This document shows, piece by piece, positions 51,973 to 62,224 of a DNA stretch of 64,000 nt (positions are counted from its first letter, which is position 1; every line of letters begins with the position of its first letter). Both the position numbers and the translations under genes were made by a program. A model generated the notes under the pieces. It did not search any database, had not been told where the DNA came from, and was given only the letters and a program-made list of their open reading frames with translations. This DNA comes from an uncultured Chloroflexia bacterium (GTDB taxonomy: Bacteria > Chloroflexota > Anaerolineae > B4-G1 > SLSP01): assembly GCA_963751345.1 (NCBI GenBank), contig CAVVUS010000011.1, positions 96,001 through 160,000 of the forward strand, written 5' to 3'.

Positions 51973-52992
51973 ATGGATGAGCGGGCGTCTCAACGTCTGC
52001 ACGTTGAAACGTTGGGTCGTTTGGGCATCCAACTGCGAAATCCGATCGTGCTCGCATCGGGCATTCTGGGGACGAGCGCCTCGCTGTTGGAGAGGGCAGC
52101 GTTGGCGGGTGCCGGCGCTGTGACGACGAAGAGCTGTGGGCCGGCACCGCGTTCGGGCCACGCCAATCCGGTGGTCGTCGATTGGGGGCACGGCGTCATC
52201 AACGCTATCGGTCTGAGCAATCCGGGCGCGGATGAGGAAGTGGCTCTGCTGGCAGAAGCGAAGGAGCGCCTGGCCCCCTATCGCGTACCACTCTTTGCCA
52301 GCATCTTCGGCGGAACGGTACAGGAGTATGCTGAGGTTGCCGCCACCATCGCGTCCGCGCATCCGGACCTGGTGGAGGTGAACATCTCGTGTCCGAACGT
52401 CGCCGATGAGTTTGGCACCCCCTTTGCCGCTCTACCTCGCAGTGCTGCGGAGGTCACCGAGGCGGTCAAGCAGGCTGTGGGAACGCTCCCGGTCAGCGTC
52501 AAACTTGCCCCTAACGTGCCGAATATCGCCCGGATCGCAGCCGCCGTCGTCGAGGCTGGGGCAGATGCGATCACCGCCATTAACACGATGCCCGGCATGG
52601 TCATCAATGCGGATGCCGGACGCCCGGTGCTATCAAACCGGGTTGGGGGCATCTCCGGTCCGGCGCTGAAGCCCATCGCGCTCCGCTGTGTGGCTGAGAT
52701 CGCCAAAGCCGTGGACGTGCCGATCATCGGCACGGGCGGTGTCACGACGGGACGGGATGCTGCGGAGATGCTGATGGCCGGTGCCACGCTTGTAGGGGTG
52801 GGAACGGCTGTCTGGTATCGAGGCGCCGAAGTGCTGGGCGAGATCGCGACGGAACTGGATGCGTTCATGGGCCGGCACGGCTATCGTCAGGTATCGGAGA
52901 TGTGCGGCGTGATCCATCGCCCCAGGCAGATTCCTCACTCCGGTCCAAGCCGGCGTTCAAACAGGTCCATTGTGGCCGGGGGGAATTCCTAG
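51973..52992 (+). CDS. pyrD: Dihydroorotate dehydrogenase family 1B catalytic subunit
   Basis: [41 protein letters not shown]. Confidence 0.93.
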   Translation: MDERASQRLHVETLGRLGIQLRNPIVLASGILGTSASLLERAALAGAGAVTTKSCGPAPRSGHANPVVVDWGHGVINAIGLSNPGADEEVALLAEAKERLAPYRVPLFASIFGGTVQEYAEVAATIASAHPDLVEVNISCPNVADEFGTPFAALPRSAAEVTEAVKQAVGTLPVSVKLAPNVPNIARIAAAVVEAGADAITAINTMPGMVINADAGRPVLSNRVGGISGPALKPIALRCVAEIAKAVDVPIIGTGGVTTGRDAAEMLMAGATLVGVGTAVWYRGAEVLGEIATELDAFMGRHGYRQVSEMCGVIHRPRQIPHSGPSRRSNRSIVAGGNS

Positions 52993-53763
52993 ATGCACGA
53001 GGTCTTCAAAGTAGCGCGGATCCGCACCGAGAACTACCGCACAAAGACGCTGATTTTCGATCGTGCACTTGCTGCTCAGCCGGGGCAGTTCGTCATGGCC
53101 TGGTTGCCCGATGTCGACGAGCGGCCATACAGCGTGGCCGGCGCCGATCCCCTGGCTCTGACGGTCGTCTCTGTGGGTCCCTTTAGCGAGGGTCTGCACG
53201 GCTTGTCGGTCGGCGACCCGCTGTGGATACGAGGACCTCTCGGGCAGGGGTTCGCGCTGCCGGCGGCGCCCACCGCTGAGGCGCTCCTCCTGGTCGGTGG
53301 CGGCTATGGTGTTGCGCCGCTGCTGTTCTTGGCGCGCGAGGCCCTCGCCGCGGGCTGTGCGGTGACGGTGTGCATCGGCGCGCGGACTGCAGCCGACGTG
53401 CTGCTCGTTGAGGATCTGCGTCAGGCGGGTGCGCGCGTCGTCGTCGTAACCGAGGACGGCAGTGAAGGCACGCGGGGGGTGGTGACAGACGCCGTTGAGG
53501 CACTGATCGCCCGCACGCGTTTCGCCTGCGTCTATGGGTGCGGACCTGTAGGCATGCTTGAGGCACTGGAGCGTCGATGTCTCGCGAACGACCTGCCGCA
53601 CCAGCTCTCGTGGGAAGCCCGCATGCGCTGTGGTATGGGGCTCTGTGGGGCGTGTGAAGTCCACGGTCGATCCGCCAATCCCGCTGATCCTTTATCCAGT
53701 GGATGGTTAGCCTGCCACGATGGTCCGGTGGCCGTAAGCGCAGCCCTCGTTCGTCCTGAATGA
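52993..53763 (+). CDS. pyrK: Dihydroorotate dehydrogenase electron transfer subunit
   Basis: PGQFVM, RPYS, GPLGQGF, GGGYGVAP, CGP, MRCGMGLCGAC, CHDGPV. Confidence 0.92.
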   Translation: MHEVFKVARIRTENYRTKTLIFDRALAAQPGQFVMAWLPDVDERPYSVAGADPLALTVVSVGPFSEGLHGLSVGDPLWIRGPLGQGFALPAAPTAEALLLVGGGYGVAPLLFLAREALAAGCAVTVCIGARTAADVLLVEDLRQAGARVVVVTEDGSEGTRGVVTDAVEALIARTRFACVYGCGPVGMLEALERRCLANDLPHQLSWEARMRCGMGLCGACEVHGRSANPADPLSSGWLACHDGPVAVSAALVRPE

Positions 53764-54058
53764 TACATCCGCGACGCTCCCGTTGTGGCGGTGATGCGGC
53801 GCCCAGGGTTGGATCGCCAACGCAAACCGTCGCGTAGACCAACTCGCCCCGTCGGTTTTGCCCGTGAATCGATGCTACAGTGGTAATCGTATCAGTCCTA
53901 GGTTGCGGTTGCCACTCTGTAGTCTCTCGTTGCGATATTCCGAGGGTGACTGCGAGTGGGTCTGGACCGAGGCCGGCGAGGGTTGTGGTTGGGAGATTCG
54001 GAGGACAGCTCTGTGGTATGGAGCGGGTTCACCTTATTGGCCCCAGGAAGGTGGAATC

Positions 54059-54565
54059 ATGAACGAGCGGATGTTCGAGCGTGCGATTGCGCTGGGCGAA
54101 AGATGGCAACACGTGTGGATCAGTACGACGGATGGGGCAGGTATGCCCCACATCGCATCCGTAGGCAGCTTTTTCGTCACTGATGACGGCAGGTTGGTCT
54201 TGGGCGATTGGTCGTGCCCCACGACGGTCGCCAACTTACGGGAGAACCCCAGCATCGCAATCGTGGTATGGGATGTCTATACGGATGAGGGCTACCAGAT
54301 CCTTGGCGAAGTCCGGGCCATCCTGCCGGCGGCTCCGGAGGAGGATGGGGTGGCTACCGGTACCCCTCTCGCTGAGAAGGAGCTCTGGATTCAACCTAAC
54401 CAGGTGCTGGCATTCAGCCATGCGCCACACGACGATGTTGAGGTCGATAGCGAAGCGGAATGGTCGTTAGCCGGCGGGCCGTCGGCCCTGGAGCATGAAC
54501 CATCCCCCCACGAACTGCAGGGCTGGCCCCAACAGTTCGTATACTTCGGCGAGACGAGCAAGTAG
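54059..54565 (+). CDS. Pyridoxamine 5'-phosphate oxidase-like FMN-binding split-barrel protein
   Basis: ISTTDGAGMPH, TVANLRENP, GYQILG; GGAAGG RBS. Confidence 0.75.
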   Translation: MNERMFERAIALGERWQHVWISTTDGAGMPHIASVGSFFVTDDGRLVLGDWSCPTTVANLRENPSIAIVVWDVYTDEGYQILGEVRAILPAAPEEDGVATGTPLAEKELWIQPNQVLAFSHAPHDDVEVDSEAEWSLAGGPSALEHEPSPHELQGWPQQFVYFGETSK

Positions 54566-54925
54566 CACTCGTCTCGACTGCGTACTGCCGGATTCCGGTG
54601 AGCCGTGACTAGCTCGCCGAAAGGCTATCGACCCATCGAGACGCGCTCCCGCTAACCCTCTAATGTGCCCGGCGGGCCGGTAATCTGCTTGAGTTCTCAT
54701 CGTGCTGCGGGCCTCTGATCCGCCTCAGTCCGCACGAATGCAGATGTGACTGTGTCTGTCGAGTCAGATGACACGTCACCGACGTGCCGAAGCGCATTGT
54801 CATCGGGCCGCTTTGGGCATATAGTGTTGACATCGATAGGCACTTCAATCTCAGCTCCGGTTCTGTGACCCGGCTACGGTCTGTCTCCAACAATGACTCC
54901 CCTGCCGGGGTTAGGAAGAGACAAG

Positions 54926-57900
54926 ATGAGCTTGCTTGAACGCGGGGATGCGAATCCGACGGTACCAGAAGATGGCTTCCCGGACCTCGCCCGGCGGTTG
55001 GCCGAGGCCGAGGCTGCACTCGACCGGCTGACCTCAGCTCCTACAAGCGTCTGCAAGGATAGCACGAGCGATACTCAGGCTCTTCTCCACAGTGTTCGTA
55101 CGGTGCTGCGGGACGCACGCGAAGCTCTTGCGTGGCGGATGCAGCCGCCGGCGGGTCCGCTCACGAACTCCGGTCCGAAGACAGGCGCGCTGCAGGCCCC
55201 TCCGCCATCTGATGCTGTGCGTACCCGCGCGGGCCAAGCGTCGCAAGTAGATGCGATGGCGAGCCGGCTGCTGCGGACGTTGCTCGAGGTCATGCCCGTA
55301 GGCGTCATCGTGTCTGACGCCGAGGGTGCTCTCCTGATGACCAACCTGGTGGGGGAGGCGATCCTGGGCGGCCGGGTCGCAGGGAGTGCCTTCGATCCGC
55401 GGGCAGCTATGCGGCGTACCACACGGATGGGACACCTCTGCCACCTACTCTGATCCCGCTCGCGCGTGCGCTTCGACAGGGCGAGGTCATCCGGGACATG
55501 GAACTTGTGATTCGTCGTGCTGATGGGGCGGAGTGGGTACTCCTCGTTGGCGCCGCACCCGTACGAGACGTGGATGGGCGCATCGTTGCCGGTGTGGTGG
55601 TTTTCCAGGACATCACGGAACTCAAGCGATCCCAGGCAGACGTTACGTTCCGGGCGCGGGCGCTTGACCAGATCGCAGATGCTGTGGTTGCGATCGACAA
55701 CGATCTGCGGGTGATCTACCAGAATCAAGCCGCAGCCGATCTGAGTGGCGTCGATCCGACTGACGCGTTGGGCCGTGATCTTGCCGATCTCTGGCGTTAT
55801 GAGTGGCCGGACGATGCGGCAAAGCAGGTGGCGTACGATCGCCTGAGGGAAGAGGGTGTCTGGCAGGACGAGGCCCTCCTTGTGACCCGAGATGGCAGGC
55901 GGATCGCGATGGAATCCACGATCACGGCGCTCCGGGACGACGGCGGGAAGGAGCGCGGTTTGCTGGCCGTGATGCGCGATATCACCAACCGGAAGCGGGC
56001 AGAGGAAGTTGTCCTGGCCAATGCGGAAGAATTCCGGGCGATTTTCGAGTCGAACGCGCTTGGCATAGCGATCGCCGATGCGAGGTCCGGGCGCTTTGTG
56101 CGGGTGAATCGCAAGCTGTGCGAGATGTCCGGGTACGCTGAAGACGAGCTGCTGGGCATGACCTTCGTCGAAGTCACCCATCCCGATGACCGCTCCTATG
56201 CGGACTTTCAGGCCGCGCTGCGTGGCGAGACGGATGAGTGGACGAGCACGAGGCGCTACGTCCGCAAGGATGGGAGTTGGTTCTGGGTGGAGGCCTCCGG
56301 GACGGTCATCCGTGATGCCGCCGGCGTTCCTGTTCGCAGCATGGCGACCGTTCGGGACGTTACAGAGCGCCGCCGGGTGGACGAGGAACTGCGGGTAGCG
56401 CTGGAGAAATACCGTGTGCTGTTTGACGCTTTCCCTCTGGGTATCACCGTCTCGGACCGATCCGGGCAGATCGTCGAATCCAACCAGGAGGCCGAAAGAC
56501 TGCTCGGAATTTCCCGGCAGGAGCACCTGCAGCGTCAGATCAGAGGGACCGAGTGGCACATTGTTCGTCCTGATGGCACTCTGATGCCGGCGAGGAGTAT
56601 CCGAGCGTCCGGGCGCTTCGTGAGGGGCGTCCGGTGCGCAGCGTCGAGATGGGGATTGTGAAGGAGGATGGCGCGACCACGTGGATCGAAGTACAGCGGC
56701 GCCTATCCCTCTGGAGGGCTATGGGGTCGCTATGGTCTATGGGGATGTCACCGAGCGCAAGCGGATCGCGGATGCCCTCCGTGAAAGCGAGGCGCGCTAT
56801 CGTGAGCTGTATGATACGTCGCGCGACGGCCTGGTGTTCACCGATTTGGAAGGGCGATATATCGGCTGCAACCGCGCTTATCTGGATCTTCTTGGCTACG
56901 AGACGGTTGAGGATCTGCGTGGCAGATCCTATAAGGAGCTAACCCCACCAGAATACCATGAGATGGAGGCACGTATGTTCAGGAGCAGACCCTGGTACGC
57001 GGCTATTGTGACGCGTACGAGAAGGAGTATATTCGTAGGTCCGGGGAGCGGATTCCTGTCAACCTGAGGGCCTGGCTGCGGCGTGATGCGCGGGGTGAGC
57101 CTTCAGGGATGTGGGCGATTGTGCGCGACATCAGCGGGCGCAAGCAAGCAGAGAACGAGCGGGAGCGTCTGTTGTCCGAGAACCGCCGACAGCGCGAGTT
57201 CCTGGAGCGACTGGTCGAGGCGGCTCCGGTGGGCATCGCCGTGCTCCGGGGCCCCGACCATCACTACGAGTTGGTCAACCCGACGTATCTGGCGATTCCC
57301 GGGGTGCCGGATGTACCAATGCTGGGGCGGACCGTCGAGGAGATCTTTCCCGCTTTTGTCGATGAGGGGATCCCGGAATTGCTGGATCAGGTGTACGAGA
57401 CCGATGACGTCGTTAGCCTCCTCGAATATGAGATGTCCGGCGGTCCGGAGGGAGAGCGGACGTACTGGAATGCGGAGTACGTCCCGCTGTTCGATTCGTA
57501 CGGGCGAACGGACGGCATTCTCGTTGTGGTCAGCGACGTCACCGAGCAGGTGCTGGCGCGCAGGCAGGTGGAGGAACTGGTGCTGGACGTTGACAACAGC
57601 GCAGCATCCTTCAGACGGTGATGGAGCACACACAGGTCCAGTTGGCCTATTTCGACCCCCTCTTCAACTTCGTCAGCGTTAACTCCGCCTACGCGCGGGG
57701 CTCCGGCTACCGTGCCGATCAACTGCTCGGGAAGAACCACTTCGACTTTTTCCCCACCCGAGAATATAGCGATCTTTGAGCGGGTCAGGGATACCGGCGC
57801 GGTCATCTCGTTCCGGGCAAAGCCATGCGAATACGTGATCGGCCACAACTGGGAACGACGTACTGGGACTGGAGCCTGGTTCCGGTCAAGGATGAGGCCG

Positions 57901-59108
57901 GCCAGGTCCAGGGACTTGTCTTGTCCTTCTCGACGTGACCGATCGCGAGCGGGCGCGGGAAATACTTCAACAACGTGCCGATGATCTGGAACAAGAGGTG
58001 CGTCGCCGAACGTCGCAGCTCCAGGCTAGTGAGGCGCGTTTGCGCGCCATATTCGCACAATGCAGCCCTGGGCATCGCGGTCGCCGACCCCAATGGGACA
58101 TTGGTGGAGATGAACTTGGCGCTGCAGAGGATGCTTGGGTATACGGCCACAGAACTCGTTGGGGACTCGCTTTGTCGACTACACCCATCCCGACGACGTT
58201 GCATTCTGTATTGACCGCTATCGCGAGATGTTGGCGGATCAACAAACGTCCTATCAGGTGGAGAAGCGGTACGTTCGCAAGGATGGGGAGACGATCTGGG
58301 CGCTGCATGGGTGCCTCCCTCATCCACGATCGCCATCACCATCCCCGGTTTGCCGTGGGCATGGCGGAGGATATCACCGAGCGGAAGCTGGCCCAGGAGG
58401 CGCTGATTCAGGCCGAGAAACTGACCCTTACGGGCAGGCTGGCCGCCGGCCTCGCACACGAGATCAATAATCCCCTGCAGTCGGTGATCGGATGTCTCGC
58501 TCTCGCGGAGGAGATACTGCCGGCGGATGACGAGGCCGGGAAGCTGCTGCACATAGCCGTCGAGGAGTTGGATCGCACGGCCGGCATTGTGAAGCAGTTG
58601 CGCAACGTGAACAGGCCTCAACCCTGGCGGAGCGCAGACTCCCGACATCAACGCGCTGCTCCGTCACGTGATAACGTTGGTCCGGAAACAGAGCCTGAAG
58701 CAGGGCATCGACATCGTGGGACCCGGTCAGAGGGGCCGGTCATGGTGATGGTGGCGCCGGATCGGATTGAACAGGTGTTTCTGAACCTGATACTCAATGC
58801 CATGGAGGCGATGATGGGTGGAGGACGCCTCGAGATCATGCTACGACGGCGGACGATGATCCGGTGGCGTTTCCAATGGGGGTGCGTACACATCTCCTTC
58901 GCAGACACCGGAAGCGGCATTTCCGAGGAGCTATGGGGCACATATGTTTGAGCCATTCCATACGTCGAAGGCCGATGGGCTGGGATTGGGCCTCTACGTG
59001 ACGCACGGCATTGTTGCAGAACACGGCGGTCGGATCGAGGCCGGCAACCGCGATGAAGGGGGAGCTGTTTTCAGCGTGTGGCTGCCGTCAGACCCCGTAG
59101 CCGTGTAG
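54926..59108 (+). CDS. Multi-PAS (about 8 PAS/PAC) sensor histidine kinase, split by several indels
   Basis: Repeated PAC ends (QDITELK, RDITNRK, RDVTERR, GDVTERK, RDISGRK, SDVTEQV, DVTDRE, EDITERK); H-box LAHEINNPL; NLILNA, DTGSGI, FEPF, GLGLGL. Confidence 0.82.
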
Positions 59109-59119
59109 GGAGGAAGCGG

Positions 59120-59834
59120 ATGACACAACCGATACGAGCGCTGGTGGTGGATGACGAAGAGCGCATTCGCTATTTCTTGACGGAGACACTGCATCGCATT
59201 GACTGTGCGTGGTTACTGCGTCAGATGGAACCGAAGCACTGGATCTGTTGCGGGAGACCCTCTTTGACGTCGCAGTCCTGGATCTCAATCTGGGCGGGCG
59301 CGTGGATGGCCTGCGTGTCCTGGAGGCGCTGCGGTGGCGGTGGCCCTCGACTGCCGTGGTGATCCTGACCGCGCACGGCTCGTTGGAATCGGCGATGGAG
59401 GCCATTCGCCATGAAGTGGATGGGTATCTGCTCAAACCCGCGAAACCCCCAGAGGTACGGGAGGCTGTTCGGAGGGCGCTGGAGCGACGGCAGAAGCTGC
59501 GCGACCGCACCTGAGCGCGGAGGAGTCGATGTTGCGATGTGGGGACTTCGTCATCGACGTGGCACAGCACGTCGCATCGCGGGATGAGTGCTCACTGGAT
59601 CTTGCCCCCCAGGAGTTCAAGTTGCTCGTGCATCTGGTGCGCAACTCGCCTCGCGTGGAGATACCGCAGGAACTGGTGCAGGTCGTGCGGGACTACGAGG
59701 TGGACAACAGGGCCGAGGCGTGCAAGATCATCAAATGGTATATTCACCGCCTGCGGCAGCAGGCCGAGCCGGATCCGTCCCATCCCACTCACATCATCAC
59801 CGTGCGCGGCGTAGGGTACAAATTCCAGCCGTAA
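59120..59834 (+). CDS. OmpR/PhoB-family response regulator (receiver plus winged helix), frameshifted
   Basis: ALVVDDE, VLDLNL, ILTA, YLLKP; then EFKLL, IHRLRQ..EPDPSHP.HIITVRGVGY. Confidence 0.85.
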
Positions 59835-59876
59835 CGTCTTCTCTCGGTTCCCTGTTCGGGTGGCTTCGGTCCAACC

Positions 59877-59907
59877 ATTTGCACCGTATTTGCACCGATT
59901 CGCACTG
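59877..59907 (+). promoter_or_regulatory. Three tandem direct repeats ATTYGCACYG (periods 11 and 10 bp), candidate regulator site
   Basis: ATTTGCACCG-t-ATTTGCACCG-ATTCGCACTG. Confidence 0.5.
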
Positions 59908-59913
59908 ATCAAC

Positions 59914-59953
59914 AGCAGCCCACAACCGAGTCCATCGGTAGTGGGCTGCTTTC
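59914..59953 (+). terminator. Hairpin downstream of the response regulator
   Basis: AGCAGCCCAC...ACCGA...TCGGT...GTGGGCTGCT-TT. Confidence 0.45.
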
Positions 59954-60122
59954 GGTTCTATGATGACACGGAAATGGTACGCTTGGCGGGACGTACCTTG
60001 AATATTGTTGGGCCACACTTACCATAGCATCGATGCCGGATAAGCGTTGGTGTCCTATCCATGGGGTGACCCTTCGCCTGTAGAGCCGGGACCATCTACC
60101 TCATTAGCATTCAAGGAGCCAA

Positions 60123-60635
60123 GTGATGCCTGTTGGCAGCGTGGTCGGAGTGTTCGGCCGGATGTCAGGTACGGAGGAAGCTATCCGCCGGTTGGCCACG
60201 AGTGGTTTCCCGATAAGGAAAATCTCCATTGTTGCGCGGGACCTCGAGAGTGAAAAAGAAGTCCACGGCTATATCATAGCCGGTGACGTAGACAAGAATG
60301 GTACGGCCGCGGGGGCCTGGTTTGGTGGGATCTTCGGTTTGCTCGTCGGAGCTGCGTTCCTGTGGGTACCCGGTTTTGGCCCGCTATTGGTCATCGGGCC
60401 GCTGGCAGCAGCCATGCTGTCAGGTATCGAGGGCGCCCTGGCGGGAGCTACAAATGGGGGGCTTTTGGGAGCCTTGATGGGTTGGGGTGTGCCAAGACAA
60501 CACATCCTCAAATATGAAGAGTGGGTGAAGTCACGCAAATACCTGGTCATTGCCCACGGCAGTGCAGAGGAGGTGACACAAGCTCACGACATCCTGAAAG
60601 GCACCGCTGCCGAGGAACTGGCTATCCATTCCTGA
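60123..60635 (+). CDS. General stress protein 17M-like / DUF1269-type membrane protein
   Basis: GF...KISIVARD, GAWFGGIFGLLVG, VPGFGPLLVIGPL, LMGWGVP...KYE. Confidence 0.7.
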   Translation: MMPVGSVVGVFGRMSGTEEAIRRLATSGFPIRKISIVARDLESEKEVHGYIIAGDVDKNGTAAGAWFGGIFGLLVGAAFLWVPGFGPLLVIGPLAAAMLSGIEGALAGATNGGLLGALMGWGVPRQHILKYEEWVKSRKYLVIAHGSAEEVTQAHDILKGTAAEELAIHS

Positions 60636-60789
60636 GTGTAGTCAGTCATCGATGGGGCACGCCGATTCACGATGTCCCGCCTCGGATCATCCTCCGTGCG
60701 ATGGCCGGGGTGCGAACCGACCGGCAGGAGGATCTCCTGAATCATACCGCAGTCTTCTTATCCCCAGTTCCATTCGATTGGAGGTAACG

Positions 60790-62210
60790 ATGTTCACGAA
60801 AGAGAACAGCGCGAGTCGCAACTTCATGTTGGTCGCAGCGTGCTGGTTTATCCTCGGCGTGCTGATGGGGCTTACGCTGGCACTCCAGTTCGTCTTCCCG
60901 GATCTCTTCCGGGGCGTTGCATGGCTCGTCTTCAGCAGGCTGCGGCAAGCTCACACCAACACAGTGATGTTTGCGTGGCTCTCGGGCGGCATGATGGGGC
61001 TCTGGCTCTACATCGTCCCGCAACTGACCGGTCGCAGGCTCTGGAGCGAGGTGCTGGGCAACGTCACGATGGTCCTCTGGAACTTGGCTCTTGTCGTGGG
61101 GATCGTGGGTCTGCTGTCAGCCCACACCCAAAGCCGCGAGTACGCCGAGTTCACCTGGGGCATCGACGTGGCGGTGATGATCGTCCTGATCCTCAACATG
61201 ATCAACATCTACATGACCATCACCCATCGTGTCGAGCCCAAGCTCTACGTCTCAATGTGGTATATCATCGGAACGCTGATCTGGATGCCGTGTCTGTACT
61301 TCATCGGCAACGTGATGTGGAATCCCCCGACCGGTGCGTTGACCGGCATTGACGACGCGATTTTCAACTGGTTCTACGGTCACAACGTGCTGGGACTGTG
61401 GTTCACGACCGGCCTGCTGCCGGTCATCTACTACATCGTGCCGCGGGAAACGCGCACGCCGCTCTACAGCCACTTCCTCTCGCTCATCGCGTTCTGGGGC
61501 ATCGCGTTCTTCTACACAGGCGTGGGTGCCCATCACTTGCTGTGGTCGCCCATCCCCTACTGGTTGAAGACCATTGCGGTGGCCGAGAGCATCGGCATGA
61601 TCCTGCCGGTTGCGGCCTTTATGATGAACATCTATCTGACGATGCGCGGCAACTGGAACCGCTTTATCACCAGCATCCCGCTGCGTTTCGTGGTTACAGG
61701 TTGGTTCGCCTACATTCTGGTCTCCTACCAGGGATCTCACCAGGCGCTGCGCAGCATCAACTTGCTCACGCACTTCACCCAGTACGTGCCCGGCCACGCG
61801 CACCTGTCGCTGATGTTCTTTGCGGCCTCGACCATCATGGGCGCGATGTACTACGTCATGCCGCGCATCTACAAGTGTCGTATCTTCAGCCGGGGGCTGG
61901 CTAACGTCGCAGTACAGCCTGTACGTGATCGGGTTTACATTTTTCTTCGGCGGCTTCCTGCTAACGGGTTTGGTCCAGGGCACCGCCTGGCTGCACCAGG
62001 GCCTGCCGGTCTGGTCGGTGCTGCCGGGGCTCCGTCCCTACATGGCGCTGCGAGCCACGGGCGGCGTGCTGCTGGTGATCAGCTTCATCCTCTTCACCTA
62101 CAACATGTTGGCCACGGCCATCCGCCAGGATCAGGAAGTCGTTCCCGAGATTCCGGTAACCACCGAAGCCACGGACCGCTCGCGCTCAGCCGGCGGCTGC
62201 GGTCAGATAG
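60790..62210 (+). CDS. ccoN: cbb3-type (C-family) heme-copper oxidase subunit I, frameshift near 61905, 3' end uncertain
   Basis: FSRLRQAHTN, WFYGHNVLG, PLYSH, FFYTGVGAHH, GHAHL. Confidence 0.9.
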
Positions 62211-62224
62211 AGAGAGGTGACACC

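Noticed and set aside
53815-53860. GCAAACC suggesting a c-di-GMP-I riboswitch
   Set aside because: The downstream GNRA loop and GACGCAAAGC elements are absent
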